In this document: positions 1-11,570 of the stretch, piece after piece
How the letters are laid out: each line of letters starts with the position of its first letter
How positions within the stretch are numbered: position 1 is the stretch's first letter
Origin: Squalus acanthias
Taxonomy: Eukaryota
NCBI GenBank assembly: GCA_030390025.1
Contig: CM059431.1
Coordinates: forward strand, 127,164,001 to 127,228,000
Length of the DNA: 64,000 bases
Direction of reading: 5' to 3'
Position numbers and translations under genes: made by a program
Notes under the pieces: model-generated
Databases searched by the model: none
What the model was told of the DNA's origin: nothing
What the model saw: only the letters and a program-made list of their open reading frames with translations

Positions 1-1147
1 TGGCGAGCGCGGTCTTCGTGGAGTCAAAGGCGGCGGACGCGTCTGCCGTCCATTCGACCGCCATCTTGCCGCTCCTGCCCCGGAGGGCTTCATACAGGGG
101 CCTCATGAGGGACGCCGCTTTTGGGATGAAGCGGTTATAGAAATTCACCATCCCGAGGAACTCCTGGAGGCCTTTGATGGTGGTGGGGCGGGGAAATTGT
201 TGGATGGCCTGCACCTTGGTGGGCAGGGGAATGGCCCCAGCATGGGTGATGTGGTGGCCGAGGAAGTCGATCTTGTCCAGGCCGAAGTGGCATTTGGCTG
301 GGCTGAGGATGAGCCCGTGGTCGCTGAGGCGCCCGAACAGGATTCGAAGGTGTTCGAGGTGTTCCTGCTTGGAGGAACTGGCTACCGGGATGTCGTCCAG
401 GTAGACAAACAGGAACTTCAGGTCCCGAAGGACCGAGTCCATGAGCCGTTGGAATGCCTGGGCCGCGTTTTTGAGGCCGAAGGGCATCCGCAGGAACTCG
501 AACAGTCCGAAGTGGGTGATTACGGCCGTCTTGGGGACGTCCGCGGGGTGGATGGGGACTTGGTGGTAGCTGCACACCAGGTCGACCTTGGAAAAGACTG
601 AGCGGCCGGCCAGTCTAGCCGAGAAGTCCTGAATGTGCGGCACGGGGTACCGATCAGGGGTGGTGGCGTCGTTGAGGCGGCGGTAATCCCCGCAGGGGCG
701 CCAATCTCCGCCTGGTTTGGGGGCGATGTGGAGTGGGGAGGCCCAGGGACTGTTGGAGCGGCAGATGATGCCGAGCTGTTCCATGATGGCAAACTCGGTC
801 CGTACGATCTCCAGTTTGGTCGGGTCCAGCCTGCGGGCGTGGGAGTACACTGGGGGGCCTGTGGTGGGGATGAAGTGTTCCACCCCGTGTTTGGTGGCCT
901 CCACGGAGAAGGTCGGATTGGTAAGGGCCGGGAATTCGGCCAGGAGTGCCGAGTAGTCATCCGTGGCCCGGGCGTGTCACTGTGACGCCATGTTGCCAGG
1001 TTGACGGGGGGCCATGGCGCCCAGGATGGGGGACATGGTGTTCATGTCCACGAGGCGGTGATGAGGGATGTCTACCAGTAGGCCGTGGGCGCACAGGAAA
1101 TCTGCGCTGATGAGAGGGGAGAGCACCTTGGCAGTGATGAACTCCCA

Positions 1148-2065
1148 TCAGTAGCGGCAACAAGTGAGGTCGAGGGTGACTGTCTGGGTGCCGTACGTCC
1201 GGATTTCCGAGCCTTTAGCAGCAGCCAGCGCCGGTCCTCGTTCGCCCTTTTGGATGTCGAGGGAGGAGGCCGGGATGATGCTGTGCTGAGCCCCAGTGTC
1301 GCACAGGAACCGGCGGCCGGTTTTGTCATCCGTGACGAACAGCAGGGAGCCCGCGTGACCCACGGCCATCGCGGGGGCTGGTACGGGGTCGGACTTGAAA
1401 GAGCAGGGAGGTGTGCACCGTTGTGCCCTGGCGCCGAACCGTGCGTGGTAGTAACAGTGGTCCGGGTTAGTGGGGCGTGAAGGCCCCGTGGGCCTGGTGG
1501 CAGGCCCTTGTGGCCGCGTGGTGGCCAGTGAGGGGCGCGCCCAGGCATTGGCTGCCAGGTCCGGAGTGACGTTGCGGCTGGAGTGAGCGGACAGCAACTT
1601 GTCGGCCTCATCGGCCAGGGCTTCCAGGTTCGTGAGGCCGGACGCCACAATCGCTGGGCGGATGCTGAGAGGGAGCTGGCGGCTGAACAGCGTGCGGAAG
1701 AGGGATCCGGGTGGGCTCTCGTCGGTGAGGGACAGCATGTGGGAGAGGAGGTCTGACGGTGAGGCATCACCGAGGCCTGGAAGGTCGAGGAGGTGGCAGT
1801 TTCGCTGATATGCCGAGGCCGTAAATTTTTTAAGGAGCACTGTCTTGAGATGTGCGTACTTGCCTTCCTCTGGTGGGTTCTGCAGCATTGTCCAAACCTT
1901 CGAAACTGTGGCGCTAACGAGTGATGTGACGAGATAGTCGTACTTCGTCCCATCTGTGGTGATGCGTCGCAGCCGGAATCGAGATTCAGCTTGGAGAAAC
2001 CAGGCTTCGGGCTGGTTTTCCCAAAACTCCAGCAGTTTCACGGAAACTGTGTTCGTGTCCGCCAT
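1148..2065 (-). pseudogene. Gypsy gag-protease ORF ending at a premature stop; pol continues in broken frames to the window start
   Basis: 305-aa ORF in the track; protease-like sequence resumes after the TGA at 1148-1150 (WEFITAKVLSPLISADFL). Confidence 0.85.
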
Positions 2066-2092
2066 TGCAGTGCTCGGAATATGTTCTGAGCA

Positions 2093-2104
2093 TCGGGGTC
2101 ACCA
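2093..2104 (-). promoter_or_regulatory. Primer-binding site TGGTGACCCCGA
   Basis: TGG-initiated motif 4 nt inside the LTR terminal CA and just upstream of the gag ATG. Confidence 0.8.
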
Positions 2105-2108
2105 ATTT

Positions 2109-2344
2109 TGAGGCTGCCGCGAAACTCAAATTAAGGCTGAATCCATGTGTGTTAAACAAGAGACTTTTTAATCAACTGCATGGTCAAAATGGCTGAACAG
2201 AATGCTCCCAGAATTCTCTGGAAAAATCCTGAGGCCCCGCCCACTCCTGCCTTAAAGGTGAGGTGCCTTAAAGGGAAGGTGCATCGATATATTTTCCATG
2301 GACGGAAATGTGGATAATGCCCGTTTAGGTGGCGATCCGCCACA
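2109..2344 (-). repeat. 5' LTR (~236 bp) of the Gypsy element
   Basis: Minus strand reads TGTGGCGG...CAGCCTCA (imperfect terminal inverted repeat) and abuts the PBS on one side and CR1 sequence on the other. Confidence 0.8.
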
Positions 2345-2605
2345 CCCTCGCATTTCTGGTATCATCCTTGTAAATCTTCTCTGCACCCTCTCCAGTGCCT
2401 CTATATCCTTTTTATAATATGGCGACCAGAATTGTACACAGTACTCCAAGTGTGGTCTAACCAAGGTTCGATACAAGTTTAGTATAACTTCACTACTTTT
2501 CAATTCTATACCTTTAGAAATAAACCCTAGTGCTTGGTTTGCTTTTTTATGGCCTCGCTAACCTGTGTCGCAACCTTTAGTGATTTGTGTATTTGTACTC
2601 CGAGT
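2345..2605 (-). mobile_element. CR1 LINE ORF2 fragment interrupted by the Gypsy insertion
   Basis: LYRTLVRPHLEYCVQFWSPYYKKDIEALERVQRRFTRMIPEMRG, which stops abruptly at the LTR edge. Confidence 0.9.
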
Positions 2606-3774
2606 GCCCAAAGTATAAATTGAAGATATCCAGAGAAATTTTCAACTTAATTTCTTATTTTGTGAGATGTGTCTTGGAAAATAAGTTGACTCGTTAACAG
2701 GCAGATTCTTTAAGACAATTCAGAAGGGACATTTACAATGAACATAAGCCCATGAGGTTGACGCTGTGTAAGCATGTACTCATGGATAAACATTCAGCTT
2801 GCTCCTGCTGCTTTCTGTTCCTCTTTCCTGTTTCCTGTACAAATACCAGGAGGACAGTGTCTCTGATATGCCACTACAGGCATGGGTGCCCACTCCAAAT
2901 GACTCCATCCCTGGGATTTGAGAAGGGGTCAATAGCAAGCCAAATTGAAGGTGAAAGTCCTGCCCTGCAACCCTTTTGGCCCTTTAAAAGGATCTTGGAT
3001 TTTTATGCCAAATGTTAAAAAAGCGAGAATATAACAGGAAAATTATAGACCATTTCACCCCTGATGTTGCTACTTGTCCCCTTATTCTTTCCTCAGCCAA
3101 TTTATCATGTCTTTGTGGATTGGGAATCAACATAATTTGTTAAAGTCATTACACAAACCAGAGATTACAGCATAGTAATTACTGTTTGCGATATTAGCGT
3201 ATGAATGCTTAAAGGATTATATGACACTCCTCTGTCAGCTATTTTAACAGAGGCATTAATCTACTGATTTTAAATACGTTAAATGCTTCCATTAATATAG
3301 CAGACAAAGCATTCAAACAATGCTGTAAAATTTCCTACATTGATCTCATAAACAATAATTTTCATGCCGAATAGTTTGCAGTTTAATACAAACAGCTGTA
3401 AAATATGATAAAGTAAGGAACTAGAGATACGCAAAATATTAATGAACCAAATTTAAAATGTGATTTCAAAATATTGTAAAATATTAGCAGCCTCTCAGAC
3501 TGTTGACTCTGAAGAACAGACATGGCTAAAATCCTATGGTTGGAGTGAGTTTAATTTCTTACCTTTCCATCTTTGTGTACTGGAACTGTTACTGAACATT
3601 TCTTGGAAATTGCATAATGGTCTGTGAAAGGAATAGACTAATTGGGCGAGTGGTCTTTTCTTTACCATGTTTTTTTTATGTTCTTACCCCAATCTGTACA
3701 TTTACACATGTGCTTGCCAGGACTGTCACATACACCACATGACAGAAGTCAATCAAGTGAAAAATAATATTTCT

Positions 3775-4000
3775 TTTTATTCATTCTCAGGATATGGACG
3801 TCGCTGGCAAGGCCAGCATTTATTGCCCATCCCTAGTTGCCCTGATTTGATACAGCGGAGTGGCTTGGTCGGTCACTTTACATGGCAGTTAAGAGTTAAC
3901 CACTTTGGTGTGGGACTGGGATCATATATAGGTCAGACGAGGTAAGAACCAAAGGTTTCCTTCCCTATACGACACTAGTGAACTAGTTGGGTTTTTAACA
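3775..4000 (-). mobile_element. SINE-like non-autonomous derivative of LINE family B (5' body joined to the LINE 3' tail), 5'-truncated
   Basis: Reverse complement matches ~35570-35737 joined directly to the tail at ~37285-37360 (GGGCAATAAATGCTGGCCTTGCCAGCGA); junction near 3845-3851. Confidence 0.8.
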
Positions 4001-4434
4001 CAGTTATATTGAAACTATTAATTATGAAATATAAAATAAATGCTCTATTAACTGGTTACAATAATATTTTGAAGTGCTGCTACCAGACAAACGTACTTTT
4101 CTTAACAGAAGACTAAACCAGGTCACTTATGAGTATTAAATTTAGAAACAACAGAATCAGGCTGACATCCTCCTAAAATAAAAGGCCAAAAGGAGAGTAT
4201 TATTATACACACACCATACAAAATACCAAGCAGCTTTTGTTATCTGCATGCAGACTGATTGAGCTGTGCTGACTTTGAGCTAACAAGTTAATTGTAATAA
4301 TTTAGAACTTTTCACTCTTACTAAATTTAGTTATTCGGAACTTCAAAAGTGAAAGCATTCAATTGAGCAACAGATAGTTTTGATTCCCTTTGCGTAGTTA
4401 TCATTCCTTTTTCCAAAGAGCTTTTTAATGTCAG

Positions 4435-5302
4435 TTTTTTTTATTCATTCCTGGGATGTGAGCATCGCTGGCAAGGCCAGCATTTATTGTCCATTCCTAA
4501 TTGCCCTCGAGAAGGTGGTGGTGAGCCACCTTCTTGAACCGCTGCAGTCCATGTGGTGAAGGTACTCCCACAGTACTGTTAGGGAGGGAGTTCCAGGATT
4601 TTGATCCAGCGACGATGAAGGAACGGCGGTATATTTCCAAGTCAGGATGGTGTATGACTTAGAGGGGAACTTGGAGTTGATGGTCTTCCCATGCGCCTGC
4701 TGCCCTTGTCCTTCTAGGTTGCGTGTTTGGGAGGTGCTGTCGAAGAAGCCTTGGTGGGTTGCTGGAGTGCATCTTGTAGATGGTACACACTGCAGGCACG
4801 GTACGCTGGTGGTGCAGGGAGTGAATATTTAAGGTGATGGATGTGGTGCTAATCAAGCGGGCTGCTTTGTCCTGGGTGTTGAGCTTTGCCCTGGTGTTTA
4901 GCTTCTTGAGTGTTGTTGGAGCTGCACTCATCCAGGCAAGTGGAGAGTATTCCATCACAGTCCTGACTTGTGCCTTGTAGATGGTGGAAAGGCTTTGTGG
5001 AGTCAGGTGAGACACTCGCTGCAGAATACCCAGCCTCTGACATACTCTTGTATCCACAGTATTTATGTGGCTGGTCCAGTTAAGTTTCTGGTCAATGGTA
5101 ACCCCCAGGATGTTGATTGTGGGGGATTTGGTGATGGTACTGCCATTAAATGTCAAGGGGCGATGGTTAGACTTTTTCTTGTTGGAGATAGTCATTGCCT
5201 GGCACTTATGTGGCGTGACTGTTACTTGCCACTTATCAGCCCAAGCCTGAAGGCCATCCAGGTCTTGCTGCATGCGGCACGCACTGCTTCATTATCTGAG
5301 GT
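4435..5302 (-). mobile_element. LINE family B (CR1-group RT), 5'-truncated copy
   Basis: ORF 4659-5273 (WADKWQVT, ILGVTIDQKLNW, IYKAQVRTVMEYSPLAW) with the shared 3' tail and an A-rich end. Confidence 0.9.
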
Positions 5303-5672
5303 TAATGAGTAATTCATCTCTCCCATTATTAGCAAATGGAGAGAGAATTTAGATAACTGGATGATCTTCCCCATCCCTATGAGTATGAAAACATTATAAA
5401 AATCCTACCTTGAATTCACTATGTATTTGAAATATTTCCAGTAGACTCCCTCTAGGCTACTGTTCTTTCAATTTAATAGACATATCGCCCCACTTCATCA
5501 TGAATTACAATTCTCCATGAATAAAACTTTGAATATTCCAATTATCTAAGCAAAAGGGAAGGATGAATTCATCTACCTCTATATTACATGCTCAGCCTCA
5601 GTAAGGAGCATGATTCATATCCCATCTGATGGCAATCTGATACAATTCATTTTGTATATGTTCATCTAAACT

Positions 5673-6322
5673 GGGTTGAATCTTGCGGCAAAGGGACGCC
5701 TCCTTAGCAGCCCTGATAAATATTGCAGGTAGCATGCACACACTCATTCCACGCCAGAGGTGCGCCACTCGCCATATTGGCTGCTAAGTTGGTATCGAGG
5801 GCGCATGCCTGAAACTGATGCATGTGCAGATCAGGAGCCTAATGCCTGTTTCAGGCCCCTTTGCCAAATTGGAGTGTGAATGACTGCAGCATGCACCGTG
5901 AATGCTGTGGTCAGCTCCTTATGTGCTCTGCAGCCAAACCACCTTAAAGGGGTGCTCCTGCATCCACATTGAAAGAGGTGGGAGTCTGCCACCCTAAGGT
6001 TAGTTTAAAGATTTTTACTTACCTTATTGTGGATCCGGGAGGAGCACTCCTGCTCCTCCCGGTTCCACATTAAAACTTCCGGCCACTGCTCACCCCACCT
6101 CCTGATTGCCTCCTCCCCTCCTGAGAACCTCGACCAGCATCCGAACTGACTGATCTAGCTGCCCCCGCTCACCTCTGTGACCATCGAGCTGCCTCTGGGC
6201 CCGCGAATGGCCCCTGAAGCTCACCGGTACTATGCTAATGAGGACCCATTTACAGTGTTCGTGCGACCGGCATTATTAGCTGCATGAAGCATGCGATTCG
6301 GGCACAATCCAATTTCTAGGCC
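5673..6322. mobile_element. Non-autonomous Harbinger-like element (MITE), degenerate
   Basis: Right end CCAATTTCTAGGCC matches the Harbinger TIR at 14162 and 18349; internal CTTAAAGGGG and GGAGCACTCCTGCTCC motifs are shared with other MITEs; left boundary uncertain. Confidence 0.6.
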
Positions 6323-6703
6323 TATAACTGCAAAACAAATGTATATTATTTGCAATACAATTTTTGATCCCTTTGGTGTTGCCTTATTATTTGTTATCTC
6401 TAATCCCTGGCAGTTTATTAGGGTGGATCGATATTATGCTTCTGTATCTTGGATTATTTCTCTTCATGCTGGGAGAGATAAAATACTGAGCTTCAAATTT
6501 AGATTCAGGGGATTCGAATTTGAGGGCCTACAAATGCAAAACCAAAACACGTGTTCATCTAAAACCTCTTCCTTACTTAAGTCTGTCAGCTGTGCAGCAA
6601 AAATAGCTGTAACTACTTTCAAGGAAGCGTAATCTGTTCTATTGCAATAAACCAACTGGATAAACCACTAATTATTGCTTTAATACATTTGGACAAACAT
6701 CAA

Positions 6704-7525
6704 GGGGGTGATTTTGCCAATGGGGACATGATGGAGGCGGGACTGCTGCTTGTCGGGTTTCAGTCCCGCCTCCATCGATGTCCGGCCAACCCACGCTATT
6801 TTCCGTTGATTGACCTTGTGAAGCTCGCCCAGCGGGCTTAGCAGGCCAATTAAGGGAAAGTCGGTTACTGGTGATGTTAGCGAGTGACGTTTCATCTGTC
6901 AAGAGCTGTTGACAGATGAATTGTTATCATTTGAGAGCTCTGTGAAGCTGTCAAACACTGACAATCTGTCTTCTAAGTTGAGACCTGGGACACAGGCTCA
7001 CTTAGAGATCTCTCCTGAGCAGAAAGCAGAAGGCTGATGCATTTGAGAATGCAGCGGCCATTCTGCTTTCTCTGCCGGTGAGATGAGGGACTCCCGAGAC
7101 CTGAAGGGATGAAGCCAGGAGGAAGAAGCAAAGGTAAGTAAAGCTTTTAAAACACTCTACACTCACCTCACACATGTACCTCTGCACACATGCACCCATC
7201 ACTCACCTGCACACCAGACATCTCGGCCCCTCCAAGCCCCGCAGACCCACGGCTCGCCTCGAGGTTCGGAGCCGTCAGGAAGCCCACACTTTAGGGCTCA
7301 AAATATGGATAATCCAAAAAACCTACCTGTTAACAGGCAGTTAATTGGCACTAATCCCCTTCCCGCCTCGAGGAGGCTGCTACCAGCGCGGGTCAGGTAC
7401 CCTCTTCCATGGAAGATGGCACGGAGGCGGGTTAGGGCTGGGTGGGTACCCGCTCCCAGATTCTTCCATTTTCCCGGCAGAACCGCCTCCATACCCGCCT
7501 CCCCAGGGCTGGCAAAATCACCCCC
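6704..7525. mobile_element. Harbinger-like MITE with perfect 16-bp TIRs
   Basis: GGGGGTGATTTTGCCA at 6704 and its exact reverse complement ending at 7525; no TSD visible. Confidence 0.8.
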
Positions 7526-8215
7526 TCTGTCACTCTGTTGTTACAAGCAAGTTTACATTTCATTTTCAGCAATTTTCAGAACATAAGAAAGCATGGAACA
7601 AGAGAAAATCAATTCAGGCCATCACTTCCATAGATCATGCCCAGTCCTCTCTTTTGGACTCGTCTATTTAAGTTTCTGTGTAAATATTGTGTAGAGGTTG
7701 TTTCTGCTCTACCCACCAACCCTCCAACTCGATAGTGCTAAATCATGCAAAACTCTAATATTATATAAGCTTACACACCACATTGATCATCTTTGACTTT
7801 TGGCCTTCCATGCCATGCCACTCACATGGTTCCAACAGCACATAAAGCATCGTGTATCACATGGGCTAGAAATTTGTTATTGCCAGGGAAAGGGCGGTGT
7901 CAGTAGTAAAGTTGAAAAATTAGCGCCAGGTACAAATGCTTTCGACTGCACAAAAAATGTGTGCCACTGCTCAATAAAATGATTGGCGTCCGAAATCAAG
8001 TCTTAAAACCCAAGCTCATTGGCATTACACGTAAAGGGTGGACAAAATATCGGGTGCAGTCTAATCGCAACTCATCATTGCCACAGGCTTTTTTCACTAC
8101 TTAAAGGGGAGGTTCATTGATGCTGCAGCACTTCATTCTCAGCATTGCTGCCTCAGCAAGCAGAAGCAGAAGCAGAAGCAGCCAAAGGACCCGAAGAACT
8201 GAAGCAGGTGTGCTC

Positions 8216-10100
8216 ATGGCAGGTCCACGCCCCAGGGAGAGACGTCGCAGATTCTTCGATGAAGCTTTGGAGGCATTGGTTTTGCTGTGGAGAGACGGAG
8301 GGTGGTGCTGTACCCGGCAAGTGGCTGGAGGACCTCGCCACAAGTCTTCTGCACCATGTGGAGGGAGGCAGTGCAGTACGTCTTGGGTAACACTGTGGTC
8401 CCCAGGACCCACACACAGTGCAGGAAGAAATTTAACGACCTCACTCGGGTGGTCAGGGTGAATGAATGCTTCAAGAAATGCTACATAACACCATCTGTAC
8501 CACAATCTTCACACACTGCCCAAAGCATCACACCCCCAGCATTCACCCACCAACAATCGCTACCTACCAACACTCACATCCACATCTCACACCTTGAACA
8601 CAATGACAGCTATTCAACTATGGCAGGCACATCACTCAAACACATTGCTCTACACTCACTGAAATCCTTTCCTTTCTCTTGCAGGCCAAGGTGGTGCATA
8701 ACAGGAGGGGGCAGAAGTGCACAGGCAGCAGAAAAGCAGACACCCAACCACTGTCTGTGCTGGAGAATCCAGTGGTGCAAATCATTGGGTGCCAGGTGGT
8801 GGGCGCTGTGGCCATTGGCGACGCTGACCCCCTTGGGGACAACAATGGTATGTTCAACCCTACTCCTTCTTCTCACATCCCATTTCCCCCTCACCCCACA
8901 AGCGTTTTCCACTTTCCAGCTAATCATGCTGTATGCATACATTTCTCCCTTCCTGCCCCCATCCCCTCACCTTAACCCAACTCTTGTGCCTTTATGCTTT
9001 CAGATAATCATCAAGCTCCTGGGCAGCCTGTCCCTGAGGGCACAGTAGAGAGTGAGGCGGGAGAAGAGGAGAAGGAAGAGCACACCACGTCACTGCATTG
9101 CTCACCTGCAAACACCATTCTTTAGAGGCTAGCATAGTAGCGGGATCTGCACAGGGTGATGCACCGGGATGAGTGGGCTCAGTAAGGTCATGGCGAAAGG
9201 GTAGCTTGGGGTCCACCTCCCCGGAGGGCGAGTTCGCGTGTGAGTTCTGCTGCACAGGACTCAGATGAGGACTTCGATGGGAAGGCATTTAGAAGGAGGG
9301 TGATGGGCATGCACACAGAGATGATAGGTGCAATGGCAAGGGTGCCCGAGAGCCTCTCGGCAATGGTAAAGAGCGTGGAGGAGTCCACCTCCAACATTGC
9401 ACAGAACTCTGCACACACCATGGAGCCCATCATTTCCAGTCTGCAAAGGATGGTAGACTCCCAGAGAGACCGTGGCGACCCAGGCCTGATGCTGCGCGTG
9501 ATGGGCAATCTGGCAGCTTCCATTGTAGCACAGGCGGAAGCGACGCAATGTCTTAGTGCTGTAATGCAGTCTATGCTTGGCGGCATCCAAGCTCAGACTG
9601 CTCTCATGCAGTCTCAGCTTGATGCCACGCAAGCTCTGGCTGCTGCCATCTTGGCTGGGTCTACCACCGTCGACTGGGGCTTTCATGCTGTCGTAGCAGG
9701 CCAGCAATCTGTGCTGCAACAGATTGCTAGGGATGCTGAGGTGCTGCCCAGGAGGAGTTGCAGTGGATCAGTGGAGAAGGAACCTGCTGTCTCTCTCAGG
9801 ATGACAGCATTCCTGCTCCCACCACTGCCACTCCGCCATTGCCCTTGTCGCTGCCTGTCATCTAGCCAGCTCAGACTGCTGCCATCCATGCTGAGGTGGT
9901 GCAGTCTACAGCCGGGCCTTCCAGGCCCAGAGCTGATCGAGGACATCCTGCAAGGCAATCTGAAGTCTCCCGCATGGACACTCAGCAGCCTTCCACTAGC
10001 CCTGCTGCAGCCATTGGGCCAACACTTCATAGGAGCGCGAGTGCAAGAAAAACTCCCATTAATGAGATGCACTAAGGGATTGCACAAGGATGAAAAGTAA
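8216..10100 (+). pseudogene. Harbinger A Myb/SANT-like DNA-binding gene (NAIF1/MSANTD-like), 3 exons: 8216-8457, 8685-8847, 9004-~10100
   Basis: RFFDEALEALV...PRTHTQCRKKFNDLTRVVR|gt; cag|AKVVHNRRGQKCTG; canonical GT-AG sites; frameshifted. Confidence 0.8.
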
Positions 10101-10262
10101 ATATTTTTGGTGTAAATATGTGTTCACTACTTTTTGATAAATTTATTATTTCACTTACCATCCTTTTGTGGTGTCTCTCATATCAGCTTTGCACTGTGAT
10201 ATGGCCTGCGAGAGGGATGGAATGATGGGGACGTGGTGAACAAAGGGGATCTGGGATTTAAA

Positions 10263-10550
10263 TCATCCTGGTGTGAGTCTGGAGGTCTGTTTGGAGGAGG
10301 TGGCAGAGTTCTGTGACTACCACCTTGGTGAAGAGGAGCCAACTAATACACTGCTCCTCGCTTAATTGAAGGTAGGAGAAGTGCTCTCTGGAATTCCCTC
10401 AGAGGGTAAGGCCTCCTGGTGAGAGACCTGATGTCCCTCCTCATCTCTCTGTACACATGTTGCCGTATTTCTCGCTGCCTATGCTCCCTCTGCCGTAGAT
10501 CCTGGAGGGCGAGGTGGCATGCCAGTACAGCCACCATTAATGTTACCAAG
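10263..10550 (-). pseudogene. Harbinger A transposase N-terminal remnant
   Basis: RRPYPLREF... and KVVVTELCHLLQ match the start of the transposases in elements B and D. Confidence 0.7.
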
Positions 10551-11329
10551 CGTAGCAGTTTGAATCTTTAAAGAATACTTTTAGTTGTCGGAAGACTCCT
10601 GATACAAAAGAACCTTGAAATCAATTAATGAAACTGTTTCAGTGGGTGAAACTAACAAAATTCCACTGAAACTGCACTAACTTGACAGCTGCGAGTGATT
10701 ACTGATGATCCCTTTAAATAACATCCCTGGAGCCAGCTTCCTGGTGCTGCACATCAGCTCTCCCTGTCGATGTTTACTCCAGATGGTGAGATAAGTGGTG
10801 AAAATCAATTTTGCAAATCGTATGGTCAGTGAGCGTTGCACACTCACTGACATCACGATCTACCTGGTGTTGGCGTTCCCGGCGATACTGGTGCCGGTAT
10901 TGGGGGGGGGGGGGGGGGTGCTGGATTTGCGTGCGGCGCTGGATTTGCCTCGCCCCGGCGATACTGGTCTAGCGCCCTATTAGCACCATCTACTGGCGCT
11001 AATTGGAGGTGCTAAGGGGATAAATGTTTCCCCCACTGTATTTTAATAATCTCTATTTAGTACTTATTTTTATAACCCTGACCCTGTTCCTAACTAAACT
11101 GCACAACACTAACCTAAACCAAAACAGAGCATACCAGCTGAAATATGCAGTAAGTAATATCTTTTTGACACATTCACTAGTCATCTTTGATACTGAGATT
11201 ACATGTAACCAATCTGAATTCATGTAAACATCCACATAACAAGTCATGAGGTTAAGAGGTGCTCTCTGACAATGCAGGTAACGACTTATGTTTTTTTTTA
11301 AATAACAAAGGCGATTAATTTAAATAAAG

Positions 11330-11570
11330 AAGAGCTGTCTGCAGATACGGTCAGAGATCTCATCAGCAAGCATGTAAAGTTTTTAACTTTAGTGCATATA
11401 GTTGCAAGGTCATTCATGTACAACAGAAACAGCAGTGGACTCAGCAGATAGCCCCGGGGCATAATGACTGTAACATTGTAAAAAATAGAATCAGTATTCT
11501 CAATCATAACCTTCTGTTTTCAGTCATACCAGTAATATAAAAACCATATTACTGTACTTGGGAACAAGCC
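11330..11570 (-). mobile_element. Ancient LINE RT fragment
   Basis: PRGYLLSPLLFLLYMNDLA resembles the RT PQGSxLxPLLF..YxNDL motif. Confidence 0.6.

Larger units (their letters stand above)
1..2344 (-). mobile_element. Gypsy/Ty3 LTR retrotransposon, 5' part (5' LTR, PBS, gag, protease, RT), running off the window start; decayed
   Basis: Minus-strand gag (FWENQPEAWFLQAESRF; CYYHARFGARAQRC), protease (FLCDTGAQHSII) and RT (CGDYRRLN, FVYLDD near 390-415), with a PBS and a TG...CA LTR upstream. Confidence 0.93.
7863..11034. mobile_element. PIF/Harbinger transposon A (Myb-like gene retained, transposase mostly deleted)
   Basis: Myb/SANT-like exons on +, HARBI1-like N-terminal remnant on -, degenerate G-initiated TIRs and TAGCGCC subterminal motifs. 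Confidence 0.85.

Noticed and set aside
135..1953. Many overlapping 70-290-aa ORFs on both strands
   Set aside because: Alternative-frame or antisense shadows of GC-rich Gypsy gag-pol
2250..2275. CCTTAAAGG in the Gypsy LTR matching the Harbinger left-arm motif
   Set aside because: Short near-palindromic motif that could easily match by chance
3563..3621. Minus-strand exon-like segment with good splice signals
   Set aside because: The acceptor adjoins an antisense CR1 tail remnant and the peptide is not recognisable
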